Below are positions 9,600 to 17,021 of a stretch of 64,000 bases of DNA, piece by piece. Origin of the DNA: Clostridia bacterium (GTDB lineage Bacteria; Bacillota; Clostridia; UMGS1840); the NCBI GenBank assembly GCA_045631485.1, contig JAZQUU010000022.1, positions 11,298 to 75,297 of the forward strand, given 5' to 3'. The notes under the pieces were generated by a model. The model had not been told where the DNA came from and searched no databases. It saw only the letters and a program-made list of their open reading frames with translations. Within the stretch, counting starts at the first letter, position 1. Every line of letters begins with the position of its first letter. The position numbers were made by a program, and so were the translations under genes.

Positions 9600-10729
9600 A
9601 ATGTTACAACCTTTTTCTCTTTGTGAGATTCCAACGCTGCGGTGAGAAGTTTATGAGAAAGTCTGGTTTCTTCGGGAGTGAAACAACCGAATTCCACCGT
9701 TTCTCCCGAAATTTCTTTCATAAAGGAGCACCACATCTGCAGGATGGAATCGGTGAAACCAAATTCGAAAATTCCGCCAGTAATGGTGGGAAACTGCGGT
9801 TTATATCCCACATTCAGGCGGCACCAAGCCTGTTCTTTGCCAACTGCATTGGTATAACAGAAAGCGTTGGGGTCGTTACTGTTGAATTTACCGGAAGCTT
9901 CCAAGCCATATACTTCAATAAACCATTCATCGGTAGAACCGGGAGACATACGCTTGGTTTCCAAAAACATAGGGAACACATCTCCGTTTTTGTCTTCCGC
10001 TTCGCAAACCAGAGTGGCATTATCCCAGGTTTTGCAGGGAGCCATACCGCCCTTACCGTCGGGACGCTCGGTGCAGATATTGGAAAGCACCGCATACACA
10101 TTTTTGGGTATCCATCCCATACGGAACGGAACGTGCTGAGTGTGAATTCCCAAATCACCCATACATCCGTATTCCCCGTTGATTTCGATGGTACGTTTCC
10201 AGTTGATGGGTTTATTTAAATCCATATCGCTGCTGTGATTAAATCCGGCGTGCACTTCGATGATTTTACCGAATTTACCTTCTTTTACCCAACGAATCAA
10301 TTCCTGACAAGCGGGAAAGAACGGAAATTCACTGGCACATCTTACGATAACATCGGGATTTTCTTCCAGCGCTTTTAAAATTTCTTCGTTTGCCGCTTTG
10401 TCAATCCCGAAAGGTTTTTCTCCCAGGAAGTGCTTCCCTGCTCTGATGATATCGGAATAAACCTGCCCGTGCAGATTGTGAGGAAGTGCACAGTAAATCG
10501 CATCAATATCTTCTTTGTCTAACAGCTCTTTATAATCGGAGGTCACATATTTGATGGAATCAAAATTGTTGGTAAACCATTTGATTGCCGCATCGTTAAA
10601 GTCACAAACGCCCACAATTTCGGGTGCAGGCACATCATCGGTAAGATGGCACCATCTTGCCGCAGCCGATGCAAATTCTTTGCCCATCAGTCCGCAACCG
10701 ATAATGCCGAATCGGATTTTTTTACTCAT
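9596..10729 (-). CDS. Gfo/Idh/MocA-family NAD(P)-dependent oxidoreductase
   Basis: N-terminal IRFGIIGCGLMG Rossmann motif and the EKP motif (GEKPFG). 377 aa. Overlaps the downstream gene by 4 nt. Confidence 0.85.
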   Translation of the reverse strand: MSKKIRFGIIGCGLMGKEFASAAARWCHLTDDVPAPEIVGVCDFNDAAIKWFTNNFDSIKYVTSDYKELLDKEDIDAIYCALPHNLHGQVYSDIIRAGKHFLGEKPFGIDKAANEEILKALEENPDVIVRCASEFPFFPACQELIRWVKEGKFGKIIEVHAGFNHSSDMDLNKPINWKRTIEINGEYGCMGDLGIHTQHVPFRMGWIPKNVYAVLSNICTERPDGKGGMAPCKTWDNATLVCEAEDKNGDVFPMFLETKRMSPGSTDEWFIEVYGLEASGKFNSNDPNAFCYTNAVGKEQAWCRLNVGYKPQFPTITGGIFEFGFTDSILQMWCSFMKEISGETVEFGCFTPEETRLSHKLLTAALESHKEKKVVTL

Positions 10730-10824
10730 AGGTAATCTCCCTTTCTTTTTATGTTTCGTTTCATAACATCAAAATAAATATATCGTCACAATAATATCAT
10801 ATCATATTTTTTTCAATGTTTTGC

Positions 10825-10854
10825 TTGACTATTAGTCAAAAAATATGATATAAT
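10825..10854 (+). promoter_or_regulatory. Candidate sigma-A promoter for the second AraC regulator
   Basis: TTGACT (10825-10830), 18-nt spacer, then TGaTATAAT (extended -10, TATAAT at 10849-10854). Confidence 0.5.
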
Positions 10855-10890
10855 CGTCAAAAAGAAAGAAAATCGAAAGGAAATGCAGGT

Positions 10891-11724
10891 ATGAACAATA
10901 ATTTTGTGATGAAACCTTTGAATCCGTTCTTTGTGAATGTTTCCAAAATGAATGTTACCTCATCCAATGCAGACCGTAAAACCGCACCTCACATTCACGA
11001 ATATTGCGAAATTTATGTAAATCTCACCGGGAACGTTTCCTTTGTGATTGAAAAAAATATTTACTCCGTAAAATCAGGAGATATTATCATTACCAAGCCT
11101 TATGAATATCACCATTGTGTGTATCATGATGACAGCGACCATCTGCATTTTTGGATTATGTTTTCCGTTAACGAAAATCCGGAGCTTTTTCGTTTCTTAA
11201 CCGAGAAAAAATCAGGGCATCGCAATCATATCCGTTTGTCGGAAGAAAAGAAACAAAAATTTGTAACCCATTGTGAAAATCTGACGAAAAACAGTCAGGA
11301 AAACCCTATTTCACAAATGGCAATTTTCTTTAAAATCTTATCCTACATTGAAGAAGGGATGGAAAAATACAAGGTTTCCAACACTAATATCTCTCTGCCG
11401 AAAAGCTTAAAGGATATTTTGGATTATATCAATAAAAACTTTGCTTCCATTCACACCATCAATGAAGTTTCGGAACGGTTTTACATCAGTATTTCCACAT
11501 TGGAGCGTCATTTCAAGCAATATCTGTCTATGACGCCAAAACGGTATCTGGAGGATAAAAAACTGCAAAACGCTTGTCTGCTGCTCAGACAAAACGCTTC
11601 CGTAACAGATGCCTGCTTTGAAAGCGGATTTGATGATTATTCTCATTTTATCACCATTTTTAAACGAAAATTTGATGTGACCCCCTTAAAATACAAAAAA
11701 TCTATTATGAATGAAAAAGGATAA
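10891..11724 (+). CDS. AraC-family transcriptional regulator, paralog of 328-1155
   Basis: 277 aa. Shares the HIH..EIY.NL.G.VSF..E...Y....G..IITKP.EYHHC core and a C-terminal AraC HTH with the first regulator. Confidence 0.85.
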   Translation: MNNNFVMKPLNPFFVNVSKMNVTSSNADRKTAPHIHEYCEIYVNLTGNVSFVIEKNIYSVKSGDIIITKPYEYHHCVYHDDSDHLHFWIMFSVNENPELFRFLTEKKSGHRNHIRLSEEKKQKFVTHCENLTKNSQENPISQMAIFFKILSYIEEGMEKYKVSNTNISLPKSLKDILDYINKNFASIHTINEVSERFYISISTLERHFKQYLSMTPKRYLEDKKLQNACLLLRQNASVTDACFESGFDDYSHFITIFKRKFDVTPLKYKKSIMNEKG

Positions 11725-11759
11725 AAAAAATCTCACGGATGATTCCGTGAGATTTTTTA
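11723..11759. terminator. Bidirectional intrinsic terminator
   Basis: AAAAAAA-ATCTCACGGA-tgat-TCCGTGAGAT-TTTTT between convergent genes. Confidence 0.7.
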
Positions 11760-12356
11760 TTACTCTGTTGCCTCTTTAGACACAGGTTTTTTACGATAAT
11801 GATACAATGCAATGGCATTCATAGAAAATGCGGCAATCTGACCGATTCCTGCCGCATAATTCATCAGGCAGAAATGGTAAGTGCAAAAAGTAAACGTATT
11901 AAACAGATACAAAATGCGGGTTTTCTGTTCGCTTCTTTCGTAAGCGGCAATCATAAAGAAAGCACCACCCACCATCGGCAATAGTGCAACAATGTCATAA
12001 AAACCAACATTTCCTGCAATAATCGCAAGGATAGAATCTTTAATTCCAAGGCCTCCCACAATCAGATACAACGCATAAAAGATGATGCGTTCCACGGGAT
12101 AGGGTTTGGTGTTGGTGCGAACATGCCACAACGAACAACTAAGCATCACAAACGCCACGAAATTGATAGCGATTCCCGAGGTAGCATTGCCTAAAAATAC
12201 CAGATTCAAAACCAATAACGTAACAGATGCCATAGAATTAACAAGCATCTGCCATTTTTCCTTATACAAGGGACCAATCAACATACAGGCGCCCTGCATC
12301 AGACCAAAAATTTGTGCAATGATGTAAGTCCAACTAAGCTGAGTCCAATCTATCAT
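11760..12356 (-). CDS. YgjV-like inner membrane protein (SWEET/PQ-loop-related fold family)
   Basis: 198-aa polytopic ORF with architecture and C-terminal segments reminiscent of E. coli YgjV. Tandem paralog of the next gene. Confidence 0.5.
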   Translation of the reverse strand: MIDWTQLSWTYIIAQIFGLMQGACMLIGPLYKEKWQMLVNSMASVTLLVLNLVFLGNATSGIAINFVAFVMLSCSLWHVRTNTKPYPVERIIFYALYLIVGGLGIKDSILAIIAGNVGFYDIVALLPMVGGAFFMIAAYERSEQKTRILYLFNTFTFCTYHFCLMNYAAGIGQIAAFSMNAIALYHYRKKPVSKEATE

Positions 12357-12388
12357 CGTTTCACCCTCTCACTTTCTGATGTGTGTGA

Positions 12389-12931
12389 TTACTGTTGGGG
12401 TTTCTGTCCTTTTTTCCGATAACGGAACAGTGCATACGCATACATACAAAATGCTGCGAACTGTCCATACATACCGGTAGAACCCACAATCACATCGTAG
12501 GTAAACCAGGTGGAAGTGTTAAATAAGTATAAGATACGGGTTTTCTGCTCATCTCTCTGGAAGGCTGCAACCATAAAGAATACTGCACCGATTACCGGCA
12601 ATAAGTCTTTTAATTCTTTCACGCCCATCATACCTGCTCCAACAAAAGCAACCAGGAAAATCAGTCGTTCCCAAAGAGGCACTTTTACCTCTTTTCTCAC
12701 GTGCCAAAGAGAGCAACACAACTGAACCAAAGCGATAAAATTAACAATCGCTCCCGACAATGCTTTCCCAAGCAGAAAATAATTGGTGATGGCAAAACTT
12801 ACAGAAAACATAGAATTGACAAGCATCTGCCATTTTTTCTTAAAAAGAGGTCCAATCAACATACAACCGGTATGTAACCAACCAAATAAATTTGCAAAAC
12901 TAAATAACATAATCCATTTCCTCAATCTCAA
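12389..12931 (-). CDS. YgjV-like inner membrane protein, tandem paralog
   Basis: 180 aa. Shares CMLIGPL.K.KWQMLVNSM.SV and CSLWHVR blocks with 11760-12356. Confidence 0.5.
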   Translation of the reverse strand: MRLRKWIMLFSFANLFGWLHTGCMLIGPLFKKKWQMLVNSMFSVSFAITNYFLLGKALSGAIVNFIALVQLCCSLWHVRKEVKVPLWERLIFLVAFVGAGMMGVKELKDLLPVIGAVFFMVAAFQRDEQKTRILYLFNTSTWFTYDVIVGSTGMYGQFAAFCMYAYALFRYRKKGQKPQQ

Positions 12932-12958
12932 AAACGGACATCCCCGAAAGGATGCCTC
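12930..12958 (-). terminator. Probable intrinsic terminator after the DUF1846 gene
   Basis: Minus strand reads GGCATCC-tttcgg-GGATGTCC-GTTTTT (stem with one bulge). Confidence 0.4.
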
Positions 12959-12978
12959 GTTTTATGATAAAATCTTCT

Positions 12979-14448
12979 TTATTTGTGATATACTGCTTCG
13001 CTGGTTAAATGGATGCCCAGTTTTTTGAATACGGTTTCATCCACGTGAGACAACAACACGGTGGAATGCGCTTCCGAACCTTTTAATGCGCTGAGCCCAT
13101 CCAACATATCTTTTGCGATGGGGTCATTTGCCGCACATATAGAAAGCGCAATTAAGGTTTCATCGGTATGAAGTCGGGGATTTTTGCTGCCGAAATGTTT
13201 GGTTTTTAAGCCTTGCAGCGGCTCAATAACATCAGGAGAAATCACATGGATTTCCTCTGAAAGCCCTCTGACTGCTTTTAAGGCATTTAACAATGCGGCA
13301 CTGGTTGCACCAAGCAAAGCGGAAGTCTTCCCTGTTACAACCTGACCGTTGGGAAGCTCGATGGAGCAAGCAGGAAGTCCTGTTTCTTCTGCTTTATCCT
13401 TAGCCGCCTGCACAACCTTTCTATCTTCGGGCGTTACTTCGGCCTGCTTCATAATGAGCTGCATTTTATAGAGCACATCGTCATCCACTTTACCATTGAT
13501 TTTATCTTTTAAAACTTGATAGTAACGGCGGATAATTTCATCTTTGGATGCTCTGCAAACCACATCGTCATCAATGATGCATTTGCCTGCCATATTGACT
13601 CCCATATCGGTGGGAGATTTATAAGGGCTTTCCCCTAAGATTTTTTCAAACATGGCATTTAATACGGGGAACACTTCAATATCACGATTGTAATTGACGG
13701 TGGTTTCTCCGTATGCTTCCAGATGGAAGGGGTCAATCATATTGACGTCATTCAAATCCACGGTGGCAGCTTCATACGCTAAGTTCACGTGATGCTTTAA
13801 CGGAAGATTCCACACGGGGAAGGTTTCAAATTTTGCATAACCTGCTTTTACCCCACGTTTGTTTTCGTGATACAACTGAGAAAGGCAGGTTGCCATTTTA
13901 CCGCTTCCGGGCCCTGGTGCAGTTACCACAACAATGGGACGGGTGGTTTCGATATATTCGTTTTTGCCGAATCCCATTTCACTTACAATATATTCCACAT
14001 TGGAGGGATAACCGGGAATGGGATAATGCAAAAATACACGGATTCCCATATTTTCCAACCGCTTTTTGAACATATCCACGGCTTCCTGACCGCTATACTG
14101 GGTAATTACCACACTACCCACCAAAAGATCAAGATTCTGAAATGCTTTAATCAAACGGATGGTATCCAAATCATAAGTGATATTATAATCACTTCTCACT
14201 TTGTTTTTTACAATATCAATTGCACTGATTGCAATAACAATTTCAAGCTTGTCCCGCATATGCAGAAGCATCTTGATTTTACTGTCCGGCTCAAAACCGG
14301 GCAGTACTCTGGAGGCGTGATAATCATCAAACAGTTTGCCGCCAAGCTCTAAATACAGTTTGTCTCCGAATTTTTTCACACGCTCATCAATAAATTTGGA
14401 TTGCATACTGATATACTTGTCGTTATCAAAACCGATTTTTCTGTTCAT
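12979..14448 (-). CDS. DUF1846 (UPF0371) family protein
   Basis: The N-terminus MNRKIGFDNDKYISMQSKFIDERVKKFGDKLYLELGGKLFDDYHASRVLPGF is characteristic of UPF0371. Start moved to the ATG at 14448, which has a GGGAGG SD. The ORF-track start at 14475 has none. Confidence 0.8.
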   Translation of the reverse strand: MNRKIGFDNDKYISMQSKFIDERVKKFGDKLYLELGGKLFDDYHASRVLPGFEPDSKIKMLLHMRDKLEIVIAISAIDIVKNKVRSDYNITYDLDTIRLIKAFQNLDLLVGSVVITQYSGQEAVDMFKKRLENMGIRVFLHYPIPGYPSNVEYIVSEMGFGKNEYIETTRPIVVVTAPGPGSGKMATCLSQLYHENKRGVKAGYAKFETFPVWNLPLKHHVNLAYEAATVDLNDVNMIDPFHLEAYGETTVNYNRDIEVFPVLNAMFEKILGESPYKSPTDMGVNMAGKCIIDDDVVCRASKDEIIRRYYQVLKDKINGKVDDDVLYKMQLIMKQAEVTPEDRKVVQAAKDKAEETGLPACSIELPNGQVVTGKTSALLGATSAALLNALKAVRGLSEEIHVISPDVIEPLQGLKTKHFGSKNPRLHTDETLIALSICAANDPIAKDMLDGLSALKGSEAHSTVLLSHVDETVFKKLGIHLTSEAVYHK

Positions 14449-14498
14449 AGTTTGCCTCCCTTCCGAAGTAACCAATTCTAAAAATTCACAACAGATTT

Positions 14499-14527
14499 AT
14501 TATACTATACTTTTTATATAAATGCAA
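14499..14527 (-). promoter_or_regulatory. Candidate sigma-A promoter for the DUF1846 gene
   Basis: Minus strand reads TTGCAT, 17 nt, TATAAT. Confidence 0.5.
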
Positions 14528-14572
14528 GAGCAAAAACAAAGTTTTTAAAAATTTTTAAGGGCAATTTTCTCC

Positions 14573-14605
14573 ATAAAAAAAGGCAGATAAAAATCTGCCT
14601 TTTTC
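14573..14605. terminator. Bidirectional intrinsic terminator after the antiporter gene
   Basis: AAAAAAA-AGGCAGAT-aaaa-ATCTGCCT-TTTT. Confidence 0.65.
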
Positions 14606-14614
14606 GGATAATTC

Positions 14615-15922
14615 TTACACATTTACCTGTGTTTCTTTTTCTTTTAATTTGTTCTGACGGCGGTTCTTCACTTCGTCGGACATAGGTTTAATGTCACCCG
14701 CACTCTTAAGTGCTTCTTTGGTCATCAAAGGACCAAACAGTTCGTAAATCAGAACCCCGAACAAGGTGATATTTCTGATTAAGTTGCCTGCATTACCAAA
14801 CGCCGCATCTGCAGCTACCATGGTGCACATTCCGAGAGCTACCCCTGCCTGAGGGAATAAGGTGATACCAAGATATTTCTGAATGGTAGGAGAACATTTG
14901 GTTGCTTTGGCACTGAATCGTGCACCAAAATATTTACCCACACAACGAAACACAATATATACCAAGCCAATTACCACAATCGCCCAGTCGGTAAACACAC
15001 TAAGCTCCAGCTCTGCCCCGCTGATTACAAAGAACAACGCAAATAAGGGAGAGGTCCATTTATCTGTTTTTTCCATTAAATCATGAGATAAGGGACAGAT
15101 ATTGCAGAATATGGTACCCATCATCATACATACCAATAAGGGAGAGAAGGAAATATGTAAGGGACCGCAGGGAATCTGAATCATAGACAATGCCACGGTG
15201 GTGAACACAAAAGCAATGGTCATATTCAAACGGTTGGTGTTGGAGTTGAACATTTTTTCAATCTGAGTTAACACCCAACCCATAATAGCTCCCAACGCTA
15301 AAGAGCAAACAATTTCCAAAAGGGGCTGAACGGCAATTGCCAAAAAGTCAATCTGACCAATCATCATACTTTTGGCAATTCCGAAAGAAACCGCAAAGAT
15401 AATCAAAGCAACGGCGTCATCCAATGCAACAATGGGTAGGAGCAGATTGGTAACGGGACCTTTTGCTTTGTACTGACGAACAACCATTAAAGTTGCGGCA
15501 GGTGCGGTTGCAGCAGCGATAGCACCCATGGTAATTGCCTGAGGAACAGTAATTTTCCCCGGCATCATATAGCATAAAGACAACATTACGATATCCACAA
15601 CGATTGTTGCGGTTAACGCTTCAAAAATACCAATCGTAAATGCCTGTTTCCCGATTTTCTGCAAATCCTCTTTACGGAATTCGCTACCGATAGAGAATGC
15701 AATAAATCCAAGGGCAACATTGGAAATTAATCCCAACGCTTCCACGGCTTCGTGACTGGAAAATCCAAATCCCTCAATACCTAACCGACCGATACAATAA
15801 GGACCGATTAAAACCCCTGCAATTAAGTATGCAGTAACAGACGGTAACTTTAGCGGCTTAAACGCTCTGGTCATTAAAAGGCCTGCCAGAAGTGCCACGG
15901 AAACAGATAACAAAATACCCAT
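14615..15922 (-). CDS. Monovalent cation:proton antiporter (CPA2 / Na+/H+ exchanger family)
   Basis: 435-aa polytopic ORF with the typical N-terminal LAGLLMTRAFKPLKLPSVTAYLIAGVLIGP motif of Kef/NapA-type exchangers. Confidence 0.8.
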   Translation of the reverse strand: MGILLSVSVALLAGLLMTRAFKPLKLPSVTAYLIAGVLIGPYCIGRLGIEGFGFSSHEAVEALGLISNVALGFIAFSIGSEFRKEDLQKIGKQAFTIGIFEALTATIVVDIVMLSLCYMMPGKITVPQAITMGAIAAATAPAATLMVVRQYKAKGPVTNLLLPIVALDDAVALIIFAVSFGIAKSMMIGQIDFLAIAVQPLLEIVCSLALGAIMGWVLTQIEKMFNSNTNRLNMTIAFVFTTVALSMIQIPCGPLHISFSPLLVCMMMGTIFCNICPLSHDLMEKTDKWTSPLFALFFVISGAELELSVFTDWAIVVIGLVYIVFRCVGKYFGARFSAKATKCSPTIQKYLGITLFPQAGVALGMCTMVAADAAFGNAGNLIRNITLFGVLIYELFGPLMTKEALKSAGDIKPMSDEVKNRRQNKLKEKETQVNV

Positions 15923-15960
15923 TTTTCATACTTCCTTTCAATTTTTATGAACTCTTATCA

Positions 15961-15990
15961 TTGGAAAAGCGACTTGCATACGCAAGTCGC
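15961..15990 (-). terminator. Intrinsic terminator directly after the tRNA gene
   Basis: Minus strand reads GCGACTTGC-gtat-GCAAGTCGC-TTTTCC, starting 8 nt after the tRNA CCA end. Confidence 0.6.
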
Positions 15991-15998
15991 TCTTTCAC

Positions 15999-16072
15999 TG
16001 GCAGCGGGGGAAGGATTCGGACCCTCACAAACAGAGTCAGAGTCTGTCGTGCTACCCTTACACAATCCCGCT
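15999..16072 (-). tRNA. tRNA with anticodon CUG (Gln by anticodon), encoded CCA, atypical T-loop
   Basis: Minus strand reads AGCGGGATTGTGTAAGGGTAGCACGACAGACTCTGACTCTGTTTGTGAGGGTCCGAATCCTTCCCCCGCTGCCA (74 nt). It folds by hand into a cloverleaf. Acceptor stem: 6 bp plus an A7.C66 mismatch. D stem: GTGT/GCAC with an AAGGGTA loop. Anticodon stem: ACAGA/TCTGT with loop CT-CTG-AC. Variable region: 4 nt. T stem: GAGGG/CCTTC. T-loop: TCCGAAT. Confidence 0.7.
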
Positions 16073-16099
16073 ATATATTCAACTTTCTGAACCTTTGCT

Positions 16100-16128
16100 A
16101 TTATATCACCCTAAAACTCATTTGTCAA
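16100..16128 (-). promoter_or_regulatory. Consensus sigma-A promoter driving the tRNA gene
   Basis: Minus strand reads TTGACA, exactly 17 nt, TATAAT. It lies about 27 nt upstream of the tRNA 5' end. Confidence 0.75.
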
Positions 16129-16178
16129 CCTTTTTTTAAAAATTTTTTATATTTTTTTATTCTGCCTGAAAAATAGCC

Positions 16179-16215
16179 AAAATCCCGTCCCCCAAAAATC
16201 GGAAAACGGGATTTT
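16179..16215 (-). terminator. Possible weak terminator after the MeTr-like gene
   Basis: AAAATCCCGT ... ACGGGATTTT inverted repeat with a 17-nt loop. The U-tract is partly inside the stem, so it is weak. Confidence 0.35.
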
Positions 16216-16224
16216 TTCTCATCA

Positions 16225-17019
16225 TTATTCTTCGCTTGCACGGATTTCGTCAATGTAATCCATACAATACTCATCGTTCCCCAACAACGCATTGATGGCA
16301 CGGTAGCTTTTTCTCATCGTATCGGGAGCAGGATCCATAATAGCACTGTCTAACCCCTGATACATTGCCATGGCAAGAAATGCGGTGTTTAATACCATTC
16401 GTTTGGGTAAACCGAAAGAAATATTGGAAAAACCGCCTGTGGTTTTCACATCGTGATAGGTCTCTTTCAAAAGACGCAAGGTTTCCAAACATACGGCGGC
16501 ATTGTTATCACCCACTGCCAACGCTTCCACCAGAACATCAATGAAAATACGATCCGCACCGATACCGTTTGCTGCAAATTTTTCAATAATTTCCCCTGCA
16601 TAACGGACACGCTCTTCGGCGGTGTGAGGAATTCCTCCTTTGGGGATGGGTAAGCCCACCACCATAATATCGGGACGGCTTTTTAATAAGTCCATCAGTT
16701 CGTCAATCCGCTCCGAAACGGTAACGGAATTTAAAATAATTTTTCTGCCTTCCGCCGCTTCCACCGCTTTATGCACCACACTTACATTGGGGGTATCAAT
16801 CATAATTCCCATTTTGGAATGCCGTTTCACCAAATCAATGGCGTAAAGCATAGCATCCAATTCCCCATCCTGCAACATGGCAGTGTTGATATCAATATAA
16901 GTTGCCCCTGCACTCTCCTGCTTTTTGATGAGTTCAATTAAAGATGCATCATCTTTTTTCTGAAAAAATTCCAGCACGGAGGGAATGGAACTATTTAATT
17001 TTTCGGAAATAATCAACAT
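16225..17019 (-). CDS. Pterin-binding methyltetrahydrofolate methyltransferase (MeTr/AcsE-like, MetH pterin module)
   Basis: 264 aa. MLIISEKLNSS..., DINTAM... and GFSNISFGLPKR..LNTAFLAMAMYQGLDSAIMDP parallel the AcsE/MeTr sequences I recall. Confidence 0.7.
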   Translation of the reverse strand: MLIISEKLNSSIPSVLEFFQKKDDASLIELIKKQESAGATYIDINTAMLQDGELDAMLYAIDLVKRHSKMGIMIDTPNVSVVHKAVEAAEGRKIILNSVTVSERIDELMDLLKSRPDIMVVGLPIPKGGIPHTAEERVRYAGEIIEKFAANGIGADRIFIDVLVEALAVGDNNAAVCLETLRLLKETYHDVKTTGGFSNISFGLPKRMVLNTAFLAMAMYQGLDSAIMDPAPDTMRKSYRAINALLGNDEYCMDYIDEIRASEE

Positions 17020-17021
17020 TT

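Noticed and set aside
9623-10219. Long antisense ORFs inside confident genes (9623-10219, 13867-14352, 17658-18122, 23763-24266, 2774-3112 and others)
   Set aside because: Each lies fully inside a longer opposite-strand gene with clear family motifs. Their products are compositionally odd (Arg/His/Cys/Phe-rich) and lack SDs.
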